A stretch of DNA of 64,000 nt from Eledone cirrhosa (lineage: Eukaryota): contig OZ024748.1 of assembly GCA_964016885.1 (NCBI GenBank), positions 44,020,001-44,084,000 on the forward strand. Reading direction: 5' to 3'. How positions within the stretch are numbered: position 1 is the stretch's first letter; each line of letters begins with the position of its first letter. The notes under the pieces were generated by a model. It saw only the letters and a program-made list of their open reading frames with translations. It had not been told where the DNA came from and did no database searches. The translations under genes and the position numbers were made by a program. Shown piece by piece: positions 11,069-26,975 of the stretch.

Positions 11069-11786
11069 TCAAAACTTTAGTAGTTTAGTAAGTGTCGACA
11101 TGACACAAGGAAATGTTTGGCTGCCATTGGAATTTGGTTCCCGTGGGTCAGAAATAGCATTCATAATTTTCATGAGGTCCGTTGAGGTACCATGTTCGTT
11201 CAAAAGATTACATAAGCTTTGCATAAACCACGATCCAGTTTTTTCATCTTCTTCAGATGGATGTGGAAGAGACAATGGATAACAGATGAGCATATCTGCC
11301 GCAGTTGCAGATTTTTGAGGCCATTGTGACCCCATGGACTCAGCATCTTCTTCTTCGATACCAGCCGTGTCACTTTCACAGCAAGATGAAATAAATATTA
11401 ATTTAGGCACTCCTGGCAAAAGATTACATAGGTCGGATTCCTTTGAAGAAAACAATTCAAGTAGTTTAACTTCACCTTCGTATCCACAAATAGTATTTTG
11501 TTGTTTCCCATGCGTCAGAAATGCAAAAACAATACAAGAAACATCGGGCTTTTCATAGCTTCCTTAATATGACGACGTATTTGATCGGCTGTACAATCTG
11601 TAAGTATTCTGATATTCGCCGTAGGAAACCCAATTTTTTCTAATGCCTTTTTAAACTCCTTAGGTCTTTCGTCGAGCCGTAACGTCGTTTAATATTTTCG
11701 TCCACGAATACTTCATTGTTGAAGATGTAGGCGTGCCAGTTGTTTTCATTTGGGATACTGTAAGTTTCCAGAAATTCACTTCCCAT
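11069..11786 (-). CDS. Intronless caspase-family (peptidase C14) gene, ~240 aa, with two single-base frameshifts in A-runs (pseudogene or assembly errors)
   Basis: MGSEF..YSIPNE..AYIFNNEVF..RRYGSTKD..L/KALEKIGF..DCTADQI/..CIVFAFLTHG..PGVPKLIFISSCCE..ADMLICY..GSWFMQSLC..P.VMSTLTKLLKF. p20 and p10 motifs are in order, catalytic His and Cys are present; frameshifts at ~11650 and ~11551. Confidence 0.8.
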
Positions 11787-12149
11787 GATTGGCAAACAGA
11801 TTATAAACCTATTTAAACCTAATTGAAGTTTTTCTACCTTATGCCTGGGACAGTCGTGGGTGTAGAGTTTTGAAGTGGATGTAGTCAGAAGCAACTGTCT
11901 CTATTTGATCTGTAGTCGTAGCAAATCGTGAGAGTGCCAAATGACGGCGATTTATATTGGATATATTTCCTGATATGGCGTGTCTCTCTTTCGCAAAAGT
12001 GAAAGTGGGACAGCGTATGTATGTGTACGCATGCGTGTGTGTATAGGCGTTTTTAAGTCAGAGACACACACATATATATATATCATATTGGGTGCTAAAT
12101 TTCGATTAGGGTACTTCTCAAAGATGGTAGTTTCTAAATATATCATGTA

Positions 12150-12445
12150 AACACCCGCTGCAATAGCCACCCCACCTCGCGGGGCTCCTTCCTCAGACAG
12201 GCCGTCGACGTTCCGATCTTGCGGAGGAGCTCGGTAGTACAGGGTCCAGGTACACCTGTGGTCTCGATGGTGACCAGTGCGAAGAGGAAGCGGCCGGACA
12301 ATCTCCAGTATTTGTTTATCTTTCCTCTGCATAGTAGGGTACGGTACCGGGATTTGTGGCTGAAACAACTGATTTAGTGGAGGAGAACGTGTCACAACAT
12401 GTGACATCCCAGATGAGTGGTCTATTTCCTTCGAATGGGAAGAGG
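12150..12445 (-). mobile_element. CRE-clade non-LTR retrotransposon RLE fragment
   Basis: PFEGNRPLIWDVTCCDT..AEER/NKY..L..RF..IETTG..G..LLRKIG..REVGWLLQR matches the CRE restriction-like endonuclease pattern. Confidence 0.75.
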
Positions 12446-12449
12446 TTGA

Positions 12450-12781
12450 AGAAGACCCGACTTCCCACGGGTACAAGCTGAAGCATATAGACGATATGCC
12501 CTCACCCCCTCCCACTACAAAGTGGTTGTGAAGGTGTCATGACAAAAAGCACCCAGTCCACACTGTAAAGTGGTCGTGTAGGCGCCACGGTAAAAAAGCA
12601 CATTGTAAATGAGGTTGGTGTTAGGGAGGGCATCCAACTGTAAAAATCAAGCCAAAATCAGTTACCGTATGAGCAAGACAAGGTCACCCTACCTGGCACT
12701 GCCCACAACAGAACAACCTGTCTAACCCATGCTAGCGTGGAAGAATGGACTTAAAACGGTGATGATGACAATGATGATGAT
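12450..12781 (+). mobile_element. RTE LINE 3' UTR fragment
   Basis: Matches 28540-28870; ends CCATGCTAGCGTGGAA..(GAT)n. Confidence 0.85.
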
Positions 12782-12792
12782 ATATAAATTAG

Positions 12793-13189
<397 letters not shown>

Positions 13190-13389
13190 TATAGATATAT
13201 GAAGAAAATTCATGAAATTTTTCATGTTTCCCACTCTACTACTCCAAGTTTCGAGTACTCTGGTGCGTTATGGTCTAACTGGTTTTTACCGCCTCTAATC
13301 TGATATATATGTGTGTGTGTGTATAAATATATAGATAAACGAGGGTAGGCATAGATATTGTTGTTCAATATTAAATGATTTATTTGTAA

Positions 13390-14057
13390 AGGTGGTGGAT
13401 TATCAGTAGAGGGTCGGACGCCATGCTTTGACGCATAGAGTTACGCCCCTTGCCATTCTGAGTTCAAATCCCGCTGAGGTTAACTTTGCCTTTCATCCTT
13501 ACGGGGTCGATAAAGTAAACTACCAGTAATGCACGGGGTAATTGCTGGCCTTGTGCCAAAAGTAGAAACAATTATATGATTTATTTGTAAGGGCAGTGGA
13601 TTAGCAGTACTGTAGAGCGTCGGACAACATGCTTTATAGTAAAGGGTTCACGATCTGAGTTCAAATCCTGCCGAGGTTAGCTTTGCCTTCCATCGTTACC
13701 GGGTCGATAAAATAGAGCACCAGTAATGCACCGAGGTCGATTTAATCGATTTCCCCCTCCAAATTTCTGGCCTTAGCAGAAACCTTGGCAGTATCAGTAG
13801 AGGGTCGGACGCCATGCTTTGCAGCACGGCGTTACGTCCCTTTAGGGTCTGAGTTCAAATCCCGCCGAGGTTAACTTTGCCTTTCATCCTTACGGGGTCG
13901 ATAAAATAAAGTACCAGTAATGCATTGTGATAATTGCTGGCCTTGTGCCAAAAGTAGAAACAATTATATATATATGTAAATTGTGTGAAGTAAAGAGTTA
14001 CCTCCCTCGGTAGCTGTTTGACGTGAAGGAATTTATTCCCTTTAGCTGTTGCTGCTG

Positions 14058-14102
<45 letters not shown>

Positions 14103-14106
14103 TTAC

Positions 14107-14140
<34 letters not shown>

Positions 14141-14548
14141 GCATTTATAGTAACAGCAGTAGTAGTAGCAGCAGCAGCAGCTAAAGGGAATAAATTCCTT
14201 CACGTCAAACATCTACCGAGGGAGGTAACTCTTTACTTCACACAATTTACATATATATTATAATTGTTTCTACTTTTGGCACAAGGCCAGCAATTAACTC
14301 AGTGCATTACTGGTACTTTATTTTATCGACATCGTAAGGATGAAAGGCAAAGTTAACCTCGGCGGGATTTGAACTCAGAATGGCAAGGGGCGTAACTCTA
14401 TGCGTCAAAGCATGGCGTCCGACCCTCTTCTGATACTGCCAATCCACCACCTTTACAAATAAATCATATAATTGTTTCTACTTTAGGCACAAGGCCAGCA
14501 ATTATCCAGTGCATTACTGGTACTTTATTTTATCGACCCCGTAAGGAT
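13390..14548. mobile_element. Tandem and inverted array of Meta-like SINE copies
   Basis: Plus-strand copies at ~13390, 13590 and 13786; minus-strand copies at ~14260-14452 and 14469-14548. They surround a (CTA)n/(TAG)n-centred palindrome. Confidence 0.85.
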
Positions 14549-14595
14549 ATTGAACAATAATATCTATGCCTACCCTTGCTTATCTCTATATTTAT

Positions 14596-14627
<32 letters not shown>

Positions 14628-14712
14628 CAGATTAGAGGCGGTATAAACCAGTCAGTACTCAAAACTTGGGGTAGTAGAGTTGGAAAATTCATGGATTTTC
14701 TTTATATATCTA

Positions 14713-14794
<82 letters not shown>

Positions 14795-14835
14795 CCTATC
14801 TATCTATCTATCTATCTATCTATTTATCTATCTAT

Positions 14836-15240
14836 CTTTCTCTCCGGCCAACAACTGATTCTTTTTTTCAAATACCACTTTGGAAGAAGAATCAGGATGG
14901 AGAGAGAGGTGCTGTACCCCAGCAAGTTTTATGAAAGGTGGGTGAAAGTGGCGAGAATGGCCCGAGTGAATGGGCCTTCTCTCTATATCAGCCTGTAGGT
15001 TGAGGAAAAGGAGGAGGAGAGGAAAGGAGTACAAGCTCTTCGTACTCCTGGAGATGAGGGTTGCACATTTTTTTCGGGGGTCTGTGTTACCCATATAAAC
15101 TGTCTCCCTCTATTGGGGAAAATCGACTAACTTTTAAATTCCATCTGTGATAACATTTTACACGTTTTTATTGTATGTAAACTTCCCCCTTTGTATTTGT
15201 CCCCTTCTTTTGTGCCCCTGTGGCTAATAAAGAAATATAT
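14836..15240 (+). mobile_element. Short 5'-truncated Tx1 LINE copy in (TATC)n
   Basis: Near-identical direct repeat of 18297-18700. Preceded by ~130 bp of (TATC)n and followed by CTATCTATCTATCT. Confidence 0.9.
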
Positions 15241-15256
15241 CTATCTATCTATCTGT

Positions 15257-18200
15257 CAACCGGGGGGTGGGGGCGGAGTTGCCGTTTTGCTGCGGAAACA
15301 CCTGGGCCTCGTAACACAGACGGTACATCTGGACCCGGAGGGTCGACTGGTGGTCCTAGACGTTGACGGTAGTGAAGGTGGAGCCATCAGGCTGGTGGCC
15401 GCATATGCCCCATCCGGGACACCGCGGCCAGACTTCTTCAAACGTCTAGAGACTTTTCTGGGAACGTCCCGCTCCTTGCTTTTAGTGGGGGACTGGAATG
15501 GAATCCTAGATGCACGTTGGGACTATGTGGGAGCATGTCCCGAAAAAGGGGGGTGTAACAGCCTCAAACAGTTAATCGACCGATTTGACCTGGCCGATAG
15601 ATATCGACTAGATTTTCCGACTGCGCCACTGTGGACGTGGAGTAATCGTAGCGGAACATCTAGATCGTACCTAGATAGGGTTCTAGTTAGAAATAAGGAT
15701 AGGGACATGTTAAGCTGTCCACAAATGTTCATGGTTGCCTATTCAGATCACAAACTAGTGACCTGCATGGCCAACCTTGATAGAACCCATAGACAAGGAC
15801 CCGGCTACTGGAAGCTGAACTTGTCGTTACCGAGAAGCAAAGCCTACAGTAGACGGATTAGCACTTTAGTTAAATAGCACTTGACAGGGGCCATTGTCAA
15901 CAACAGATGGTGGTACTCTCTCAAGAGGGCAGTTAGATTAGACTCGATAGTTTTTAGTAAAGAATTAGCGTAGATAAAGTAGAAGAGGCAATTAGAAGTG
16001 GCAACGTAGCCAGCGTGCTAGCAACGAGAACGGCCTTGGACCAGTTCTTCGACGCAAAGCACGAGGGCTGCGTTGTCAGAAGCAAAATACGTGCTCTGGG
16101 AAACGAGGGAGCCAAAGCTGTTAGCTGGGCCCGAGTGACGGAGGCAAAAAGTGGCAACAAGTCCACGATTCGGTCTTTGAAGGACCAAAACGGACGCGTG
16201 ATACGTGAGCCGAAGCAGATGTGTGCGGCTTTTCAGCGGCACTTTGCTCGGCTGTTCGGGGGGAGCGGCGCGCCGGGAGAGGCTATGGATTTCGGTCCAT
16301 ACCTCGACGGCCTACCGCGACTCTCGGGCAGTGAGGCGAAGTTCTGCGAAAAGCCGATTTCAGCCACTGAGATAGGGGACGCGCTGAGCCAATGCGGCAA
16401 ACGCAAATCTCCAGGTCTCGACGGTCTACCCTACGAATTTTACGTAGCAATGCCGGACTTATTCTCCGGTCTCCTGGAAGCGGTCTACTGCAACTGGCAA
16501 CAGAACGGGAGAATTCCCAGTTCTGTAACCGGGGGCGTGGTCACACTAATCAGGAAGGACGAGAATAACAGGGATGACATAGGCAACTTCCGGCCCATAA
16601 CTCTTCTAAACACAGAGTTACAGATTTTGGCCAAGGTGTTGGCAAAGAGGCTGGCGCTTGTCGTCGAGAACCTGGTGGGAGAAGCGCAGACATGCGCGAT
16701 CCCGACCAGGTCCATACACGACAACCCCCACCTCATGCGATACATCATAGAGAGGGTAGGGTGTAAACCCGGCTTCGGTGGGGCCCTGATCAACTTGGAT
16801 CAGTCTAAGGCTTTCGATAGGGTTGACCATCGTTACCTGGATGCGGTGCTCGAGGCGGCAGGCTTCGGACCCGTGTTCAGGGGCTGGATTGCTGCAATGC
16901 ACAACAGCAACATCTGCTCAAGGGTCAAGGTGAACGGTTACCTCTCGGAGCCGTTCCATATTACGACAGGGATGCCCTCTCTCCTCCCTTCTGTACGTAC
17001 TGACTCTCGAGCCACTACTGCGGAAGCTGGAGCTATTGTAGGGCATCCCTCTGGAACCGGGACTGCGGAAAGCGGCGTCGGCCTACGCCGACGACGTGAC
17101 AGTAATGGTGTCGAGCGCCTCGCAAATCGAGGAAGTCGGCACCTTACTAAAGGAATACGAAAGTCTCACAGGAGCGAAGCTGAACCGGGACAAGTCCATC
17201 GGTTTGCAACTCGGATCGTGGAGAGGCAGACCGATGCCTTCCGATGGCGTCGTCGGACGCTGGACGGAAGGACCGGTAAAGCTGCTCGGGGTCTGGTTTG
17301 GTCCGGACCTCCAGGTGGAGAAGAACTGGAACGAAGTGACGGCCAAGGTGTTTGCACTCACCCAGAAGTGGGCCGAGTGCAAACTATCCTTGAAAGGTCG
17401 AGCGGAGGTGGCGAACACTTTTATAGCGTCCGCCATCTACTACCGCTTGACCGTCGTGCCTTGTCCAGCCAAAACGCTCGCCAAAATGGAGCGCGCCCTC
17501 TTCCGATTCCTTTGGAAGAGGCGGGCTTCTTTGGTAAGAAGATCCATCTGCTGCCAACACCCTTCTAACGGAGGATGCCGTGGTTGACGATGCGCAAACA
17601 CGCGCTCAGGCTGCGGCATCTCTACGTATTCCTCACCGGACAACCGGTGTGGGCCCCGTTCGTGAGGCGAGCCTTCCCACGACTCGTCTCGCTAACCGAG
17701 CTGCAGTCCTGGGTCAAGCAGAGACCGAGGAAAATGGGCGACTGGCACATCGAATGTGCTCAGGCGCTCACAGCCCTCTGGCAGGCGGACCCGGCGATCA
17801 GTGGAGACTCCACTTCGTCATTCTATAGAGGGTTGGTCCGCAGCAAGTGCGACGACGCGCTCGGTGAAACTCTAGGCGTGGAGGAAGATGAACTGGCCAG
17901 TCTGTTCGGTAGGACCTTCCGCCCGGGACCGATGGACAACTTCCAAAAGTCCCTGGCCTGGCAGTGCTACCGAGGAGCTCTACCAGTTCGAGACAAGCTC
18001 TACAGACATGGGCGCCCGGGCAGGGACCCTGCAAAAAAGATCTGTCCGAGGTGCGTGCGAGACGAAGAAACCGTCGCGCACGCATTCATACACTGCCCGG
18101 GCGTCACTGACCTGTGAGGCTATGTAGAACGACTATTGTCGCGGGTGGGACCAATCCAGTTGACCACCGAGTCCATTGTCATGATCAAACCGCCACCCTC

Positions 18201-18716
18201 CTTCAAAAACGAAGGAGAGGCGGTTTTCCTTTGTGTGATAGCTATGGCGAAAGAGGTTGTATGGTGGACAAGGTTGAAAGGGCTGAGGTCAGACACCTTT
18301 CTCTCCGGCCAACAACTGATTCTTTTTTTCAAATACCACTTTGGAAGAAGAATCAGGATGGAGAGAGAGGTGCTGTACCCCAGCAAGTTTTATGAAAGGT
18401 GGGTGAAAGTGGCGAGAATGGCCCGAGTGAATGGGCCTTCTCTCTATATCAGCCTGTAGGTTGAGGAAAAGGAGGAGGAGAGGAAAGGAGTACAAGCTCT
18501 TCGTACTCCTGGAGATGAGGGTTGCACATTTTTTTCGGGGGTCTGTGTTACCCATATAAACTGTCTCCCTCTATTGGGGAAAATCGACTAACTTTTAAAT
18601 TCCATCTGTGATAACATTTTACACGTTTTTATTGTATGTAAACTTCCCCCTTTGTATTTGTCCCCTTCTTTTGTGCCCCTGTGGCTAATAAAGAAATATA
18701 TCTATCTATCTATCTA

Positions 18717-18718
<2 letters not shown>
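15257..18718 (+). mobile_element. Tx1/L1-clade LINE, 5'-truncated within the endonuclease; ORF2 disrupted
   Basis: APE motifs GVAVLL, GRLV, YAP, GDWN, TWSN, YLDR, SDH, GPGYWKLN. RT motifs KSPGLDG, FRPITLLN, LDQSKAFDRV, AYADD. C-terminal CPRC..H..C. Contains stops and frameshifts; ends AATAAAGAAA plus (TATC)n. Confidence 0.95.
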
Positions 18719-18762
<44 letters not shown>

Positions 18763-18770
18763 AACAAGTA

Positions 18771-18868
18771 TGACCCCGACGGCAGAGCACAAGCCGTTTT
18801 GACGGCTAATTCTGGACTAAATAAGAATTTTTAGCCTGGTAAATAAATAGCCGAACTTCTCAGGGGTA
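18771..18868 (-). ncRNA. Hammerhead ribozyme with extended helix II, core mutated (likely inactive)
   Basis: ACCC-CTGAGAA-GTT-CGGCTA...TAGCCG-TC-AAAA-CGGC TTGTGCTCT GCCG-TC-GGGGT. G8A and G12A relative to the CUGANGA/GAAA consensus. Confidence 0.7.
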
Positions 18869-21832
18869 ATTCCTTATATGGGAAGATAGTAATTGTCAAA
18901 TGGATTGGTAAAAAAAGTTTGTTGTAAAGACAGATGATTCTATCATGGCATTTGGTGGGAGTTAGGGGTAGCTGAACTTGCCGGTAGAACAAAGAGGGAG
19001 TGAGGGAAACCCAGTCAAGCGTTGAAAGTGAAATCTATACAGCAGATTCTAAGGATAGTGTATAGAAGGTCAAGAAAAATGTACTGGAGAAGGGGGGGTG
19101 GGGTGAAAGAACAGGTAAATCGAAAGGGAGTAAACAAAAAAGCCAATATAAAAATGAGGAAATAAATCTATAAAAAACAATTTCTGGTTACCACTCCATC
19201 CCCACAATCACAAAATCTCTCATTGGTATTGCTAAGCTCTAGAAAAGTTTAATAGGTGAAGAAAAATACTAAATACGAGATTGTAGTGAAAGAATTTTAT
19301 AAAGCCGGCTTTACGGGGGGTCTAACACCACTGCTATAATTAGTAGTAATCAGCCAATACTATCTTACAATGACAGGTTAAAAACAAAAATACTAAATTA
19401 AAACTACAAAAATACTAATACGAAATATTAATTCAGAATACTAATACAGAAATACTAATACAAGGATACTAATACAAAAATACCACTAAGAAATTTAGAA
19501 ATCACAGAAATGGAGCAGCAACCAGAAAGAAAACAATTTACTGGGGTCTAACACATCTGCTGTAAAAGGTGTAATCGGCCAATTCTATCTTAAAATTAGG
19601 GGGCTGGGGGTACTGAAGCTACAGAGAACCGATGGGCTGCATCGGGGTAGGCGAAAAGTTGAAAAAAAGACAAGGAAGGAGATCTGGGGTGGAAGGACTA
19701 AGAAGAGAAGGGGGGAAGAAGGAAAAGATAAAAGATTTACGTCTACCTTAGTAAGCTGGGGTAACCCCTTACAAAATCGGCAAGTGGGGTGTTTCAGCCC
19801 TTGTCTAACCCCCCCCCCCCCTGTCATTATGCGGTTTGAGGGCGAGGTAAGTCCTACGCAATCTGTGTTTGCATGCAGTTACCAGTTCATCTTTCTTGTT
19901 TAGGAGTTGGTCCTTTGAAAACACCATTTGTAATGTTTCCTCTGAGCATAAGTTACACGGACGGCGTCCTCCCGTGTAAGAGTTAGCTCTGGACAGTAAG
20001 CTCCAAGTGAGATTGTAGATTATATTATTATCTTTGAGGTCCCAGATGTGGCCCGAAAGTGTAGTGGCATGACGCCGGGCCGGGTTTCGGAAAGTATGTC
20101 GGTGTAGGTAAAGCCGGGTCTTGAAGTCACAAGCGGTTAATCCTATATAAGCTTTGTTCGAGGTGTCCGTCCTCACGTTGCACTGGTAGATCACATTACG
20201 ATCTCGGCATCTGTTGTTGAGGGGGCAAAGGGATCTATCAAGACAGTTACACCTGGTCGGCTCTCCACTGCTGTCTAGGTTATTTCTTCCATAGGGGTTG
20301 AGTTTTTGTTGTTAGAGGAGACGATGTTTTGTGCGAAGTTAGGTGTGGTGCTGTAGGAGAGTTTGATGGTGTTTTTGTTGATTATGTTGTGGTAGCGGTG
20401 TTATAGTGGGAAGTGTTTTTCGATGAGCCTAAAGAAGATTTTCCCGATAGGTGTTGTCACCTCGGCATTGTGGGGAGGATTGAACCACGTTACGTTGCGT
20501 GAGCGGCGGTGTCTCCTGCTGGTTCGGCTAATGGAAGCTGAATAATAGGATATTTCCTCCCGGAAGCCACTCCGCTTGAGGGCCTGGTTGTAATAAGGCG
20601 CGTGTTCGTCGAATATCTGCTCTTTAGCGGACAAACGAGATATGCGGAGGGAGATGTTTTTAACCAGGTTATTGGTGATGTTTCTAGGATGGTTTCTAGG
20701 ATGTAATGCAGGTTGTCGTTTGGTTTCCTGTATGGGTAGTACAGATCATTATCGAGGTTAAGGGTAACGGCCAGGAAATTTACTCGGGTTAGGGACGTTT
20801 GTAGGGTTATTTTAAATCCCCAGTCGCGGAAGAAGCTGATTAATTGTTTACGAACCCGGTCTGTACTACTGGGGTTGTACCCTTTAAGGGTAAGGAGCCC
20901 ATCATCACGGTACAATCCACCGCCGAATGCAGGAAACATTTCGGTGAGTTTAAATAGTAGGAATAATCCTATAAGATCTGTGACCTCAGCCGAATCCGTC
21001 GCACCCATACTGACGTCAAAGGGGGAGTCAGGAGCTCTCTTTATCCATTTGGAGTTGGACTGTCTTCCTGGCGTAGAGGATGATATTTCTTTCCTGGTCG
21101 GTGATGGGCGTGAGTGTTTCGGCAAAGTCCAAGGCGGCGGTAAGGTAATTGATGCATAGTAACTCTCTATGTCAAACAGGATGAATTTTGTGTCTCGTTT
21201 GTTCTCCATATTGCTGAACCATGAGATTACTTCCTGGGTGTTGACCCATAGGCTAAGTCTCGCGTTTTGCTTAACTTTTGGTATAACGCGGTCTAGGATT
21301 TTTTTTGCTGATTCTCCTGTTATTATAAGATAACATTGGCTGATTACTAACTAACCATAGCAGTGGTGTTAGACACGCCCCCCCCCCCCCCCGTAAAGCC
21401 GGCTTTATAAAATTCTTTCACTACAATCTCGTATTTAGTATTTTTCTCCACCTATTAAACTTTCCTATAATTTAGCAATGAGAGATTTGGTGATTGTGGG
21501 AGGGGAGTAGTAACCAGAAATTGTTTTTTTTATATTTATTTCCTTATTTTTATAATGGTTTCGTTGTTTACTCCCTTTCGATTTACCTTTTCTTTCAACC
21601 CCCCCCCCCCCCTTCTCCAGTACACTTTCCTGACCTTCTATACACTATCCTTAGAATCTGCTGTATAGATTTCACTTTCAACGCTTGACTGGATTTCCCC
21701 TACTCCCTCTCTGTTCTACCGGCAAGTTCAGCTACCCCTAACTCCCACCAAATGCCATGATAGAATCATGTCTTTACAACAATTTTTTTTACCCATCCTT
21801 TTGACAATTACTATCTTCCCATATAAAGACTT

Positions 21833-21927
21833 ACCCCTGAGAAGTTCGGCTATTTATTTACCATGCTAAACATTCTTATTTAGTCCAGAATTAGCCGTCA
21901 AAACGGCTTGTGCTCTGCCGCCAGGGT
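21833..21927 (+). ncRNA. Mirror hammerhead copy, core mutated
   Basis: Same CTGAGAA and AAAA changes, plus GUC>GCC at the cleavage triplet. Confidence 0.65.
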
Positions 21928-21956
21928 CATACTTGTTCCTATATATATAGAGAGAG

Positions 21957-24686
<2,730 letters not shown>

Positions 24687-24775
24687 GTATTACTGCGTAA
24701 CACCAGAGGTCTCGGTCCTGAGTCATCACCTTTGAGAGGTGCATTTGGGCAAGGTCCGATTTTATCACCTCATCT

Positions 24776-24837
<62 letters not shown>

Positions 24838-24930
24838 ACACAAGAGAGAGAACCCAGATATATAACTATATGTGTTCAAATCACAAGAGACAGACAAATC
24901 ACAGGGTAATGAAAATACTGACTAAAAATA

Positions 24931-25459
24931 TTAGGTTGAGGAAAAAGTTTGTGCGCCATGTTCATTCAGTTCATGTCATGTTCAATGGTAAACTTTACTG
25001 CGAGCATCTTGATCGAGTCTACGATGTGGTGGTTGAAAAGTACCCAAGTCTTGTTCGTCGAAAACGCGCCTTGTTCCAACAAGACAATGCAAAGCCGCAT
25101 ACCACCAGAAAGACCAGCAACAAGATTGAAGAATTGGACAGTGTGGAAGTTCTGCTGCATCCAGCCCATAGTCCAGACGTTACTCCATCTCACTACAGTC
25201 TCTTCCAATCAATGCAGCACTTTATGAACGGTCGCCGATTTGAATCATTCGATGAAGTTGAAGACGCTTGTCGAGAATTTTTCGATTCAAATCCGAAGGA
25301 TTGGTACCTTGACCAAATCCGAAAGCTTGCAGGACGTTGGCAGAAGGTCGTGGACAATGATGGTCTTTATTTTGAAGGATAGTTGTTGTTGTTTTTGAAT
25401 AAATTCTTTCATAAAAATCATTATTTTAACACGGCACACGAAGTTTTTCCTCAACCTAG
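24931..25459 (+). mobile_element. Internally deleted mariner (Tc1/mariner) transposon
   Basis: TIRs TTAGGTTGAGGAAAAAGTTTGTGCGCC / GGCACACGAAGTTTTTCCTCAACCTAG with TA flanks. Transposase C-terminus QDNAKPH..HPAHSPDVTPSHY..L..RWQKVV..DG.YFE. Confidence 0.9.
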
Positions 25460-25751
25460 TAGTATGGTTCACAGAACTCAATTAAAAGGATAAATTGATT
25501 TATACAAATTTACTATGATAACTATCAAGTATCCAGATAGCTTTCAGGTAGAAGTGTTTTGCAATTCAGTGAAAAGATTTACTGGTCCAATGCTTTTCAA
25601 TGGATACTCCCCAACCAGTATATCCCTAACTACTAAATTTCTTACTACTATATATATAGTAGTAAAAAACAAGGAGGTTGTATCCAAAGTTGGTAGAATA
25701 CTCAGTTCAAAAGACAAGTTCAGTATGGTTTGTTAATTTGTTGTGGAAACT

Positions 25752-25889
<138 letters not shown>

Positions 25890-25987
25890 AAGTTAAATAA
25901 AAAGTCAAATGATTAAAATTTAGCTTCGTTTATTACTGCTATATATATTTCAGTACATATGTACTTGTCTATACCATACTAATTCAA

Positions 25988-26042
25988 ACTGCCTGAAGAG
26001 GTCACAGCCAAAGATGGCTGTCACTGAAATATATATAGCAGT
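25988..26042 (+). ncRNA. Type I minimal hammerhead ribozyme, intact core
   Basis: ACTGC-CTGAAGA-GGTCACAGCC AAAGAT GGCTGTCACT-GAAA-TATATA-TA-GCAGT. Helix I ACTGC/GCAGT. Lies inside fold-back 25886-26091. Confidence 0.85.
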
Positions 26043-26275
26043 AATAAACGAAGCTAAATTTTAATCATTTGACTTTTTATTTAACTTTATTTTACACTAC
26101 TCTGGAGTAACCAAACCAACCTGCGCACTTCGTCGAGTGCTCCAGCCTGCATACTGAGGTGTTGGTATACAACCAACATAAACTCAAAATCTATATATAT
26201 ATATATATATAATATATTTTACAGAGTCGAAATACTTTATAAACAAAAATCAAAGAGTGTTTAAGAATGTTTAAT

Positions 26276-26321
26276 TACTAACTATCGTTTCATCCAAGTA
26301 CAAGGCCGGATCATCAGAGTA
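26276..26321 (-). ncRNA. Type I minimal hammerhead motif
   Basis: TACT-CTGATGA-TCC..GGA-T-GAAA-CGATAG-TT-AGTA. Confidence 0.75.
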
Positions 26322-26789
26322 TAAATCAAAGGCTAAAACACAAATAAACTTGTTAAAGAACATTCCGGGGATACACAATATAGGAAGAAAGCATAAATAT
26401 TAACATTCACATAAGAGAAGATAGTTAAGGTAGAAGAAGCATATGAAAGATATGAGCATATAAATGAAAAAAAATGAAATTAGGAGCAGCTAAAAGCATG
26501 CTGATATAGAGAAACATGCTGCTGTGAAGAATTTCAGCATAGTGCAAGACATATATCATAATTAATAAACATATGACATAAGCATTACAAAAGTTTATTA
26601 AAGCAAGTGCATAGATCCAATATAAATTTAAGAATATAAAAATACATCTTCAAAATATATTTTAATATAAAGTTCGACTGCGCCATTCAGTTATAAATAT
26701 ATGACTGAATATATTTATGACTGAATGATGCAGCCGAACTCCTCAAAATGTTCTTTGACAAGTTTATTTGTGTTTTAACCTTTGAAAGA

Positions 26790-26837
26790 TACTCTGATGA
26801 AATCCTGCCTTGTGCTTGGATGAAACGATCGTTAGTG
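26790..26837 (+). ncRNA. Type I minimal hammerhead motif (inverted partner of 26276)
   Basis: TACT-CTGATGA-AATCC..GGAT-GAAA-CGATCG-TT-AGTG; helix III is the palindrome AACGATCGTT. Confidence 0.75.
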
Positions 26838-26877
26838 ATTAAATGTTCTAAAACACTCTTTGATTGTAGTTTATAAA

Positions 26878-26975
<98 letters not shown>

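Larger units (their letters stand above)
18760..21940 (-). mobile_element. Penelope-like element (RT plus C-terminal GIY-YIG, Hydra-clade-like), 5'-truncated, with inverted pLTR copy
   Basis: FDIESYYASI, FDVSMGATDSAEV, GLYRDDGL, RNVTWFNPP, CNC..CPL..C, VIYQC..YIGLT..FKTR..H, CNLC.EE, LLNKK.E..CKH. The 3' region 18760-19378 is repeated inverted at 21317-21940, and both ends abut (TA)n. Clade assignment is tentative. Confidence 0.92.

Noticed and set aside
11993-12007. IRF-like AAAAGTGAAAGT upstream of the caspase
   Set aside because: Short motif with a high chance of occurring randomly in AT-rich DNA.
18761-18830. SECIS element (as in selenoprotein-encoding Naiad PLEs)
   Set aside because: The stem-loop is better explained as hammerhead helix II/III. 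The EN is C-terminal, unlike Naiads, and no conserved in-frame TGA pattern was seen.
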